From: Truepera sp.
GTDB taxonomy: Bacteria > Deinococcota > Deinococci > Deinococcales > Trueperaceae
Direction of reading: 5' to 3'
NCBI GenBank assembly: GCA_965218435.1
Contig: CBDCKW010000005.1
Span: 288,001 to 352,000, forward strand
DNA: 64,000 bases
Shown: piece after piece, positions 9,748 to 19,290 of the stretch
Position numbering within the stretch: the first letter of the stretch is position 1
How the letters are laid out: every line of letters begins with the position of its first letter
Notes under the pieces: model-generated
Told to the model about the DNA's origin: nothing
The model's input: only the letters and a program-made list of their open reading frames with translations
Database searches by the model: none
Made by a program: the position numbers and the translations under genes

Positions 9748-12700
9748 GCCATCGCCTCCAGGGCGTAAAAGAGTGCGTTCGTCTGTTCGAGGATGAGCCT
9801 ACACACCGTTAGGGCGTCTTTTAGAGTCGTCAGCGTTTCGGGATCGTCAGGGTCGAAGCCAAGGGCGTAGGTTGGTTGAAAGTCCGTTCCCGCCTGCCAG
9901 ATCTGCTGCTCATCGGGTAAGGAGACGGCATCACTGCCGCCCCCTCCCCTCAGAACCGGACGTGCCTCTCTCAAGGCATCCGGCTCAAGCAGAAAATGAA
10001 GCATCAAAGGAGTAATTCTCTCGTAGCTCGGGGAAGATTATCTTTCACCGAGCCGTGGACTTGTTGGTGACAGGTTAGATGCAGTATCCGCTGTTTTGCA
10101 AAGTCATGCCGTGCTAAATTCTTTTGGTCAGTAATCAAGTGATGACGATGCAGTGGCTCACCGTTATTCAGCGAACCAAAACACACGGGGCAGATAAAGT
10201 CGTGTTGCTTAGCCACCTCATAGTGAAGACCTGAGAGACCGGAGTACTTTCGACTTCTCTTTGCCCAATAGTTTTTCTGCAAGGCGTCATCGGGTGCAGC
10301 AAGGTTGAATACCAACCGATGCCGCGTGATTTTGAACCAAGCGAGCTTCGCCAGATAAGTGTTGCCGTCGGGGTCGCCAAAGACCCACCGAGCTTTTCTT
10401 AAGTGATGATGCTGCCCAAAGTATTTAGCTACGCGCCAGCCAACCGATTTTGTCGGGTGTTGCCATCTTATCCACTTGACCAGCTTTTGGAAGAGCCAAG
10501 AGTCAAGCGAGGCAAACACCTTTGCTGACGAAACGGGTTGAAAATAACGCGCCCAACCACGTAAAACGGGGTTGAGATGGTGGATGAGCACCTGAGCATT
10601 GTGCCCCCTTAAGCGCACAAACATCTCGGTAAGCTTTTTCTTGAACCTTGCGATTGAAGCGTTGCTGGGTTTGACAAGCCCGACGACCTTTTCTGGGTTA
10701 TCTCTCCGCTGATAAAGCCGGAAATTACACCCAAGAAAGTCAAAACCTCCCGTGAGATGCCTGATCTGGGTTTTAGCCTCGTTGAACACGAGTCCCCGAT
10801 CTGCAAACCACGTTCTCAGCTTTGTGCGAGCTTGTTCTGCTTCCTCACGAGTCTTGCAGAAAACGATAAAGTCGTCTGCATATCTCACGAGACCATAGCG
10901 GTTCTTACTGGATGTCTGACCATTGGCATAACGAGCAATACCAAGGGTCGTTTCCATGCCGTGAAACGCTATGTTAGCCAGCAAGGGACTAATAACACCT
11001 CCCTGCGGAGTACCCGCAGGCGTATCGTGCTTGACGGTACCGTCCATGAAGCCTGCCTTTAGCCACTGTTTAATCAGTTCCTTGGCGGGAAACTGACCGA
11101 TGGCCTGCAACAGGTGGGTATGGTCGATATTGTCAAATGCCCCTTGGATGTCTGCATCCAGTATCCACTGCTTAGTAGCGCGTGCCCTGCAATAGCTATA
11201 GGTCATACTCAGGGCGTCGTGGGTACTTCGCCCTGGTCTAAAACCGTAGCTACTTGGCTCAAAGCGAGCCTCCCACTCAGGTTCCAACGCATTTTTGACG
11301 CGTGCTTGATGAGCCCGGTCGCCAATGGTTGGTATCCCAAGCGGGCGTTTAGCACCACTTTGCTTCGGGATATAAATCCTGCGCGCAGGTTTGACATGCC
11401 AAGGTTGGGACTCTAGCAATTTGTCTACTAGAGCGGCCTTGGCTTTCGAGGTTAAGGCAACCTCTTTATCCACCCCTGCGGTTTTTCCACCCGCATTGTC
11501 CACAGTGACGCGACGGACGCTAACAACAGTGTTGGCGTAACTCCGTAGCATCAGCTTTTGGAGAGAACGAACCTTTTTAAGGTTCCCTTCCTTTGATGCC
11601 CTAAAGATTCTCTGTCTCAAGTTGCGTACCTGCCGATTGGCGCTACGCCAGTCAATGACCTGCCAATCGGTCGGGCTTTTGGTTCCGTTTGCTAAGCTTG
11701 GCGCTTGCATCTAACTTGCACCTCAATTCGCAACTTTCACGTTGGTCTTTAGGATTTCCACCAGTCCCGCGTCAGCTCCCTTTCAGGATGGGTATGCCCG
11801 TCATACGGCCCTATCCGGTGGGTTATGAATTCCCCGTGCCTTTCGGCTACCGGCTTTCGCTTTTCGGGACTTCTTGTTCCCGCTGGAGGGTTGTGCCTCG
11901 CTTGCGCTTGGCCTACCACTTGTGTGGACTCCATCGGGGTTTCCACGTTCCGCACGTAAGAGATGTGATCGGTTGCGGATGCCTTTTGTACCCCGGGTTC
12001 TTGGTGCCCTTGCATGAGCGCTATGCACCCATGACGCCGCGCAGCTTGAACACAGAGCTACGCCTTGAACCATGATCGTTTTGCTGTCGTCCAGCGATCT
12101 TTCTACCTTACGAGGCTTACAAAGGTTCACTTTCGTTCATCCTTCCGATCTTCTCCTTGCCTGTGGCCTTTTGACGACTAACGGCTCTTGGGCTTTCATT
12201 CGGGCTTCGCACCCTGTCGTTACCAACAACGCACGCCGAATGTGGAGATAGGCTTCAGGCACTCGCCTAGTTCAACCCTATGAGGGTTGAACACTCTTAC
12301 TGTGCGACTTCGTGTCGCACATACTCGCCGTAGACCTCCCGCACCAGGTCGTGGTCGCCGCCAAGCGTGACGATAACGCCAAAAGGCAGTTCGCCCTCGA
12401 TCAGGTCGTCAATGTGCCGGTCGCGTTCAGGGAGCGCCCCTTGCAGTTCAGCAAGTTTTTCCAGCGCTGTGATGATGGGCAATGCCTGCTCGAGCTTCTC
12501 AGTGCAGAGACCCCTACACCTCTCGAGGCTTAAAGCGCCGTGTTCCTGGTAGCGGGGCTCGAGGCGCGCATCGACCTTTTGGCTGGTCAGGAAGTGTTCC
12601 TGGGCGTAGGCAACGACATCCTCGTGGGTAAAAGCTTCTTTCCTGTCGCTAAACTGGTACTCGAGTTCCTCCTCGGCTTCTTCCAGCAACATACTGTCGT

Positions 12701-13325
12701 CGTCCATTCCTTGCCAGTAGTGCCAGCGGATGATGTCTTTGGCGACTTCGGGTGTAAACGCCGGGGTCAGGTCGAGCGTGCGGTAGACGTGCCCGAGGAT
12801 GCTCGGGCCGAGCTGCGGCTCCAGCTTGTCGAACGCCGTCGCCGCCGCGTCAAAGGAGATGACCGGAACGCCGCCGACGAATACCAGCAGGTAGTGACGC
12901 CCTTGTTCCTCGAACTTTGCGACCCGAAATGCGAGGTCGAATCCCGGATAGCCGAGGCTGTTGCCGAGCGTTCGGGTGATGGCCTTCTCGATGAGTGCGT
13001 TCGGGCTGCTGTAGGGCGCGTCGTCGCACTCGTGGACGAGTCCGACCTCGAGTAGCCTCAGCGCGAGCTGAGCCGAGGCAGCCTGCTCATTGTCAAGGCT
13101 GTAGTGCGAGGGGACACCCTCCAGCCGGGGAAGCGCTAGTCCAGCATAGGCAGGGAGGATGAAGGTGGGCGTTTGGCGGGTTTTCCTGTCCGACTGCTCA
13201 GCCGGGCGAGAAGCTGACCGACGGCCTGCGCGTGCGGGTCCTTGAGGTAAGCCTGCACGAGGGGTGGGTTGTGCGTTTTGCCCGAGGTGCTCCGGGCGAG
13301 TTCCTCTCCGAGTGTAGACACGCAT
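9744..13325 (-). CDS. PRTRC system protein F, two exons (13325-12321 and 9911-9744), about 390 aa after splicing
   Basis: AAAGGAGG RBS and an LALPRLEGVP motif. Removing 9912-12320 joins ...EVYGEY|EQQIWQ... in frame. The stop overlaps the ATG of gene B. Confidence 0.8.
9912..12320 (-). mobile_element. Group II intron (IIB/CL-like), complete
   Basis: 5' end GTGCG at 12320. Domain V GAGCCGGATGC...GCACGTCCGGTTC, then domain VI ending TTACCCGAT at 9912. EBS1 GTGTTC (12048-12053) pairs with exon GAGTAT; EBS2 GTCGT (12174-12178) pairs with ACGGC. Confidence 0.93.
10004..11710 (-). CDS. ltrA: Group II intron reverse transcriptase/maturase with HNH endonuclease
   Basis: RPLGIPT, GTPQGG, RYADD, domain X LNPVLRGWARY, and a CPVC...HRHH...CHQQVH endonuclease domain. 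Confidence 0.95.
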   Translation of the reverse strand: MQAPSLANGTKSPTDWQVIDWRSANRQVRNLRQRIFRASKEGNLKKVRSLQKLMLRSYANTVVSVRRVTVDNAGGKTAGVDKEVALTSKAKAALVDKLLESQPWHVKPARRIYIPKQSGAKRPLGIPTIGDRAHQARVKNALEPEWEARFEPSSYGFRPGRSTHDALSMTYSYCRARATKQWILDADIQGAFDNIDHTHLLQAIGQFPAKELIKQWLKAGFMDGTVKHDTPAGTPQGGVISPLLANIAFHGMETTLGIARYANGQTSSKNRYGLVRYADDFIVFCKTREEAEQARTKLRTWFADRGLVFNEAKTQIRHLTGGFDFLGCNFRLYQRRDNPEKVVGLVKPSNASIARFKKKLTEMFVRLRGHNAQVLIHHLNPVLRGWARYFQPVSSAKVFASLDSWLFQKLVKWIRWQHPTKSVGWRVAKYFGQHHHLRKARWVFGDPDGNTYLAKLAWFKITRHRLVFNLAAPDDALQKNYWAKRSRKYSGLSGLHYEVAKQHDFICPVCFGSLNNGEPLHRHHLITDQKNLARHDFAKQRILHLTCHQQVHGSVKDNLPRATRELLL

Positions 13326-13348
13326 AAGCCTCCTTTGGCAGATAAATG

Positions 13349-13370
13349 CAGGGCAACTTCGGTTGCCCTG
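13349..13370. promoter_or_regulatory. Perfect 9-bp hairpin upstream of the PRTRC-F RBS
   Basis: CAGGGCAAC-TTCG-GTTGCCCTG between the RES stop and the F RBS. Function unknown. Confidence 0.45.
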
Positions 13371-13450
13371 GAAACTTATACCCAGGTTCTAAATGCACAT
13401 TACGGCTTGGCTGAGACTGACTTTAAGCTGCACCTCGAGCCGTGTGCCAA

Positions 13451-13936
13451 TCAACGTCCTTCATTGGCAAGTCGTGCGTCGAAGCGGAAAGACCGGGGAG
13501 CCTCGATGGTCAGCTCTGTGAACTGCGGGTGTTCGGGGTTGAGCAGATAGTTCCGTTCCTCGGGCACGATGACGCTGGGGACGGCTAAGGCGACGCTTGC
13601 CTGCGCCGCCAGCCACGCATCCCCAACTCGCCTCGCACCGTCGCTGACCGCCCTTACCTGCCAGTCTTCGGGCAAGTCCTGCTGGCGCAGCTCGAGAACG
13701 AGCCGTTCGGGAATCGCGAGCTTGAAAACCACGTACTCCCGCTCGAAGCGCCGCCTGTCGGCGTGAACCAGCGTTTCCAGCGCGGCGAGTGACAAACTCC
13801 CACTGACGTAGACAACGCGTCTACCCGGTGTGTTCCAGCGTCCGCCGAAACGCCGTGCGCCTTCACCGTTAAAGGCGTCGGCTCGGCTGCCATACCTGGA
13901 TCTGACGAGTCGCCAAGCCGTGAACACCTCAGCCAC
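13451..13936 (-). CDS. RES-domain toxin
   Basis: WRL...GEGARRFGGRWN, YVSGSLSLAALE, VPSVIVP.E.NYLLNP.H. Confidence 0.92.
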   Translation of the reverse strand: MAEVFTAWRLVRSRYGSRADAFNGEGARRFGGRWNTPGRRVVYVSGSLSLAALETLVHADRRRFEREYVVFKLAIPERLVLELRQQDLPEDWQVRAVSDGARRVGDAWLAAQASVALAVPSVIVPEERNYLLNPEHPQFTELTIEAPRSFRFDARLANEGR

Positions 13937-13956
13937 AAAGGTCGTTGAAACGCCGG

Positions 13957-14391
13957 TTAACTGTAAATGCCGTAGTCGATCCGCCCGAGCAGGTTCTCGA
14001 CCTCTCTTGCGCCGATCTCGGTATCGGCGTAGCCCAGCGGCGTGAGGTTGCCCAGGCTCAGATTTGGTGTTTTAAGCCACGCCGCTGCGTCACCGACGTC
14101 TTCAAATACCTGTGCGGCGCGCTCGAGCAAGTTGGCCAGGCGGAGTACGTGTTCGCTTTCGTCCGGGGCCAACCGGCCTGCACGCTTACGGCGGGTCAAC
14201 GTGGTTCCGCTGATTCCTGCCAGGTTTGCAAGCATCGCGTCGCTGACGCCCAGTGCCTCAGCGAGCGTGCGAAAGACCTGAATGGGCAACCCGCTCCTTA
14301 CGACCTCAATCAGGTCACGTGGGCGGTTCGTCAGACCTAACGTCTGTAAGACGCCCGTTGACCGAAACGGGGGGGGAACAAATGCATCCAT
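13957..14391 (-). CDS. Xre/MbcA/ParS antitoxin (DUF2384 type)
   Basis: HTH...TLTRRKRAGRL.PDES, WLKTPNLSLGNLTP, LLGRIDYGIYS. Directly upstream of the RES gene. Confidence 0.92.
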   Translation of the reverse strand: MDAFVPPPFRSTGVLQTLGLTNRPRDLIEVVRSGLPIQVFRTLAEALGVSDAMLANLAGISGTTLTRRKRAGRLAPDESEHVLRLANLLERAAQVFEDVGDAAAWLKTPNLSLGNLTPLGYADTEIGAREVENLLGRIDYGIYS

Positions 14392-14522
14392 ATGGTTAGT
14401 TTAGCATAGCCATGTGAACCGTAGCAAAAATTTTTGAAACCAAGAAGACGTTTGCAGGTCGTATATACGCATGTAAGGGTTGTTTATACTTTTAGGTGCG
14501 AGGATGGCAGGCTGTCGTGCTG

Positions 14523-14975
14523 TCATGGTCGTCGATACTCCCAGATGCTCACGGTGTCGGGCAATGTATCCAGCAGTTTGAGGACTTGGGCTCGAGGTAA
14601 ACCGCCCTGCCCGATACCAGGGAAGTTGAGGTAAACCTGTGCTGTAAGGTGGCGCTCGCACCAGCGTCGTAGCTTGGTGGCCGCCTCGCTGATAAGGCTG
14701 AGCTGGGCCGGGTCTTTCCAGTGCAATTTCGTCTGAAACGCCCCGAGTTTCGCCTCGGGCCAGCGCGGGCTCACGAGCAGCCCGTAGTGTTTACCCTGCT
14801 CGAGAACGGCTTTGCCGAGTGCTTGGCCGGGACCAGGGAAGCGGTCACGGGCTTCTTTAGCAATACCAGCTCCCATCACGAGCTTGCCTTGCAAGGTCAA
14901 GGTCGCATTGGCCGTAATGAGAAAGAGGTCGGCTTCGGAAAAGACCGACCACATATCGCCTTGGCGCAGCTTCAC
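14523..14975 (-). CDS. Macro-domain (ADP-ribose binding/processing) protein
   Basis: GTG after AAGGAGG. Motifs GDMW, ITAN...VMGAGIA, FQTK.HW, FPGIGQGGL. Confidence 0.8.
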   Translation of the reverse strand: MKLRQGDMWSVFSEADLFLITANATLTLQGKLVMGAGIAKEARDRFPGPGQALGKAVLEQGKHYGLLVSPRWPEAKLGAFQTKLHWKDPAQLSLISEAATKLRRWCERHLTAQVYLNFPGIGQGGLPRAQVLKLLDTLPDTVSIWEYRRP

Positions 14976-15155
14976 GTTGCACCTCCTTGAAGCTATGCTG
15001 CACCCTAAAGTGCAAAGCTGTTTTATGAGGTCGTAGCAAGGCGGCTTTGGAGCCGCTTGCAAGAGGGTATCGAGACGTTTCTACAGCGTTTTGGAAAAGA
15101 CTTTTCAGGCATGGCAGACCGACGTCCTTTTGGAAATCTTAGCCCCAGAGTAAAC

Positions 15156-17550
15156 GCTGGGTAAAGAAGTGGCATTACTGCCACTCCCTCCCCTAAGAAC
15201 CGGACGTGCGAGTTTCCCCGCATCCGGCTCAAGCTGTTCAAAGCCCCGGTGTTGGGGCCAGTTTCACAGCGTCGAATCGTCGGCTATGAATCTGACTATG
15301 GCAGTTGGGATGGATCATCAGCAAGTTGGATTGTCGATTATCACCGCCGCTGGCTCGTGGGATAATGTGATGGACATGCCATCCCTGTTCTCCCGTAAGC
15401 TTTTGGCGGCATACCGGACATGTTCCTCCTTGTTTTAGCCAAAGGGAACGCAACCTCTGTCGTCCGTCTAGTGAGGTCCTCATTTTGAAGGTCAAACGCT
15501 CTTCAAAGTAGGCTTCCCACCGGGGGTCGAACGGGTTGGCCTCCGTTTTGACCTTGATGTGTCGCTTAATGGGTACGTCGCCTGCGTTAAACAGTCTTGT
15601 CCATTGAGGCGTTCCATCGTTTAGGGTTTCCCCTGTTTTCGCCGCGAATACCCAGTTCCGGCTTCCCTTAGAGATGAAGTATTTATCCTTCAACCAGTGA
15701 GTGCCTTTGCCAGGATGACGGCGTTTTATCCAGCGCCATAGGGTTTGCCAAAGCTCTTTATTCACTGACTGAAACGTTTCGCTAGCAACAACATGTCTGT
15801 GATAGTTTGCCCATCCGCGTATCACCGGGTTGAGTTGTTTAATCACATGGCTTTGTTTTGCCGTTGGCTGACGTTTCACGATTTCTCTGACTTTATCCAA
15901 GAACGTCTTGACGCTCTCTTTTGACGGCTTAATGAGTAGCTTGCCGTCGTACTTGCGGATATTTTGCCCTAAGAAATCGAACCCCTCTTCGATATGGGTG
16001 ATTTTGGTTTTCTCTTGCGAGAGTTCCAAACCCCGAGCTGCCAGAAACTTGGTAATCAGGGGTTTAACTTCATTTTCTAACAACTCTTTTGAGTAGCCAG
16101 TCATAATGAAGTCGTCTGCATACCGAATCAGATTGACCTTCTAGGTGAATCGTTTTCCATCAACCGTTTTCCGTTTGAAGCCTTTGGTTAACAGGCATTC
16201 GAGGTCATCCAGGGTCATATTCATCAACGTTGGCGAGATGGGGCCGCCCTGCGGTGTCCCTGCCTCTGTTGGGTAGAGGGTCTTGTTGTCAATGAACCCA
16301 GCCTTCAGCCACTTGCGGAGCGTTACCTTGTCCGTGGGGATATGGTTCAGCATCCACTCGTGCTGAATCGTGTCGAAGCAGGCTTTGATGTCACCTTCCA
16401 GAATCCACTGAGCAGACGCTTTTGTTCCGAGGGAGTTAAAGCACCCTTCAATGGCGTCTGCCGTGCTTCGTTCTGGCCTGAACCCATACGAGTTCTTATC
16501 CGCTGTGGTCTCCGCGACGGGTTCGAGAGCCAGCAGGTAAAGTGCCTGCATCGCTCTATCCTTCATCGTGGGAATACCCAGCGGGCGCATCTTGCCATTG
16601 CTCTTAGGGATGTACACCCGCCTCAGCGGGCTTGGTTTGTAACCATGCCGTTTGAGGGACACGATGGCTTGAGATTTGGCCGCCGGGGTGGACCAGGTTG
16701 CCCCGTCTACACCCGGCGTGTTCTTGCCTTGATTCTCCGTCACTCGCCTGACAGCTAAAGCTTTGGCCGAGAACGAGTGGGTCAGCGTCCACTGCAAGGC
16801 TTTCACCTTGCCATGTCGGCCTTCCTGTGTCGCCTTTACAATACGCGCCTGGAGTTTCCTCACCGTTTGGTAGCACTTGGCCCAGTCGATGCTGTGCCAG
16901 TCCACGTTTGAGTGGGAGGATGCACACGCTTTAGCGTTCATTTGCCTTTCCTCCTTAAGAGATTCTTCAAGCTCCCTTGTAACGAACAACCATACGGAAG
17001 TCTGCCCGCTTTCGCGTGGGGTGATGTCGCGGCTGCTCAACCCCTATCTGCCCCATTACAGAGCAGCGTTCGCTTTCTCCGCGCTCCTCTACCCACAGCC
17101 CTATCGGCCCGCCTTGCGGCTTGCTTTCCTTTACAGGAGGACTATGGGCTTACCGTGTTTCATCTAAGTAACAACGATGGGTTAGACCCTGCCTCTTCAC
17201 CGGTGGCCGTTTTATCCGTGTAACCCCAGCCAAGAACAGGGTTAACTGAGCCACGTACCTTTTGGTTCAAGCCTGTCAGCGTCTTTGGCTTGTTCTTGAT
17301 GACGATGTTTATCAGCAGTTCACATGTGTTGGTCATACCATCGAGCCCAGTCCCCTGACCGCTTTACGCTAGCAGCCAACGCTTTTACCTCACGGTTCGT
17401 GCGTAATCTTTCGATTCGGGTACTCTTTTCTCGGCAGCTTCACACCAGAGCGTTACCACCCTCGCATGTGCCGATAGGCTACTGTTGACGGAACAACAGG
17501 TTTTGTCGTCAGAGACGCAAAACAATTACTTAGACGACTTCACGTCGCAC
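15156..17550 (-). mobile_element. Second group II intron (IIB/CL-like), intergenic
   Basis: 5' end GTGCG at 17550. Domain V GAGCCGGATGCGGGGAAACTCGCACGTCCGGTTC. The 3' end TTACCCAGC is atypical, so the boundary is uncertain by about 2 nt. EBS1 CCTGTT pairs at 5 of 6 positions with upstream GTCAGG. Confidence 0.88.
15238..16941 (-). pseudogene. ltrA: Group II intron RT/maturase/HNH with a single in-frame TAG
   Basis: ATG at 16941 after AAGGAGG. TAG at 16143-16141 is followed in frame by KVNLIRYADD and continues to the HNH domain (HHIIP...HPNCH). Confidence 0.92.
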
Positions 17551-17558
17551 CCTGACCT

Positions 17559-18107
17559 TCAAGCCGCACGGAGCACCTCCACCTCGGGCAGCTCGCCCGC
17601 TACCAAAGCTTCCCTGACGGCTTTCTCCAGGTTGACGACCGCGAGCTTGAGTTCGTAGGCGTGAAGCCGCTGCGAGCGGAGCTTCTTGACCATCTCCTCG
17701 GCTAGTGCGTGCTCCCACAACCACGTCTTCCACGAGTTGTGGAGCGGCAGGCGGAGCTGCCGAGACAACAGCGTGTAGAAGCACTCTGGCAGGTCCTCTT
17801 CGTGTTCGCAGATGACCAGCTCGCCTCGCAGCACGGTTTTCGAGAGCAGGAGGCCGTGGAAAGCGCCGGACGGGAGGCGTTCGGTCAGCAGCTTGCCGCC
17901 GTCTTGCGGGTTCATGCGGACGCTCCAGGTCCTTACCTCGTCGTGAAGGACAGTATTTTCACCTTTCATAAGCCGCGCCCAGATGGCCTTGACCGCCTCG
18001 CGTGAGCCGACCAGCGACAGGAGGTGAGCGTAGCCTTCTCTGCCGGTGCCGAACACGGCCTCGTCGACGTGGCACGCAAAGCCCTTAGTCTTTAGTAGCG
18101 GGACCAT
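17559..18107 (-). CDS. Hypothetical protein (182 aa), plasmid/ICE type
   Basis: Likely start MVPLLKTK. Reads LLSLVGSREAVKAIWARL...LPLHNSWKTWLW. The longer ORF call runs through other genes. Confidence 0.7.
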   Translation of the reverse strand: MVPLLKTKGFACHVDEAVFGTGREGYAHLLSLVGSREAVKAIWARLMKGENTVLHDEVRTWSVRMNPQDGGKLLTERLPSGAFHGLLLSKTVLRGELVICEHEEDLPECFYTLLSRQLRLPLHNSWKTWLWEHALAEEMVKKLRSQRLHAYELKLAVVNLEKAVREALVAGELPEVEVLRAA

Positions 18108-18111
18108 AACT

Positions 18112-18282
18112 TTACCGTTCGAGCCGGAGCGACAACCAGCGGGTCCCGTAACGTGCGGCGGCTCGCCTGTGGGCGGGCCGAGCGGCGGAGAGCGACGTGA
18201 AGCGCCGGGTGCGACCTGTTTTGCGGTAGGTGAGTACCCAGCCTTTTGCCTGTCCAGCCTTACCATCAGCGTGTTTGTCCAT
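18112..18282 (-). CDS. Small basic hypothetical protein (56 aa)
   Basis: AAAGGAAGG RBS, then MDKHADGKAGQAKGWVLTYRKTGRTRRF...RLER*. It is below the ORF-track cutoff. Confidence 0.5.
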   Translation of the reverse strand: MDKHADGKAGQAKGWVLTYRKTGRTRRFTSLSAARPAHRRAAARYGTRWLSLRLER

Positions 18283-18367
18283 ATGAGGCACCTTCCTTTC
18301 GAGAAGTTGCCCCCGTGCTGCTCGCGCGAGCGAGCGTCCTTTTTAAGTTGTGTACGGAGCTTGATGC

Positions 18368-18610
18368 TCAGGGCTGGTCGTGCGTCCGTTTGGTGCGTCT
18401 CACCCAGCGATAAACGAACCAAGAAGGAACCGACACGAACCAGAAGAACGTCAAAAACGTGTCGACAATGCTTTGCCTGAACACCGATGATATAGGTCTC
18501 GGCAGGCCGTAGGGTTTGAGCCGGAAACGGTCCTCTGCTCCCGCCCAGAGGGTTAGGAGAAACCCCGACCAGTAGACGACGAATAGTACGGTCTCCAGAA
18601 TGTTGTTCAC
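18368..18610 (-). CDS. Small membrane protein
   Basis: GAGAGGA RBS and two hydrophobic segments. Confidence 0.6.
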   Translation of the reverse strand: MNNILETVLFVVYWSGFLLTLWAGAEDRFRLKPYGLPRPISSVFRQSIVDTFLTFFWFVSVPSWFVYRWVRRTKRTHDQP

Positions 18611-18683
18611 ACCGATCCTCTCGGCGACTACAAGCGGTGTAACCGTCTCTCATTCTCGTCACCGTCGTACAAGCGGGGTCGCC

Positions 18684-19175
18684 TCAGTTGAGGTTTTGCT
18701 GCTCCGCTCGCCTTTTAAGTAGTCCGTCGATACGCCGGACGATGCTGTCGAGGGTTGCCTGCGCTTCCTTGGAATCTTGTAAGCTCACCTGCACGTCGTT
18801 CTCGCCGAACTCGAGCCGGGGCTCGCCGTTACCCAGCCGCTCACGCACGAAGGTCAAACCCTGCACGTAACCGCTGAGCTGCGCGACCTTGGTCTCGAGG
18901 GCCAGGTAGAGCGCCAGTTCATCTCGCTCGAACGCTCTACTACGCTCGGCCTTAAGGCGTTCGAGCGCGATCTGAGCGTCTTCGAGGCTCCGGTCGAGTT
19001 CAGGCAAGATGCCGTCCAGTTCGTCTAAATCGTCACGGTAGTCTTCACCTGGCAGCGCGCTGCCGAGGATAAACACCTCATCGTCCGCTTCATAATAGAC
19101 CTGGCGTTTGACATCGTGCTCGTCCTCGGTCTCGAACAGCCCGTCTCGGTCTTTATCTTTCATGAGCTTTAGCAT
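18684..19175 (-). CDS. Acidic coiled-coil hypothetical protein
   Basis: GAGGAG RBS, 163 aa. Confidence 0.7.
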   Translation of the reverse strand: MLKLMKDKDRDGLFETEDEHDVKRQVYYEADDEVFILGSALPGEDYRDDLDELDGILPELDRSLEDAQIALERLKAERSRAFERDELALYLALETKVAQLSGYVQGLTFVRERLGNGEPRLEFGENDVQVSLQDSKEAQATLDSIVRRIDGLLKRRAEQQNLN

Positions 19176-19290
19176 AACGTTGTCTCCTCGTTTGGGTGTA
19201 AGAAAGGGAGAAGAACCTAAACCAGGTTTAGGTTCAGGTTCTTCGTCGACACGTTATACGAGATAACGTGCCCGCCTGAGTGCTCAGGTC

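Noticed and set aside
9744..10007. 87-aa stand-alone ORF
   Set aside because: Its first third is intron domain V/VI sequence and the rest is exon 2 of gene F.
10004..16941. RTs as retron, DGR or defence RTs
   Set aside because: Both sit inside clear group II intron RNA structures with domain X and HNH. No TR/VR pair or msr-msd was seen.
18108..18662. N-terminal half of the 367-aa ORF
   Set aside because: It overlaps two better-supported small ORFs that have RBSs. The real start is probably 18107.
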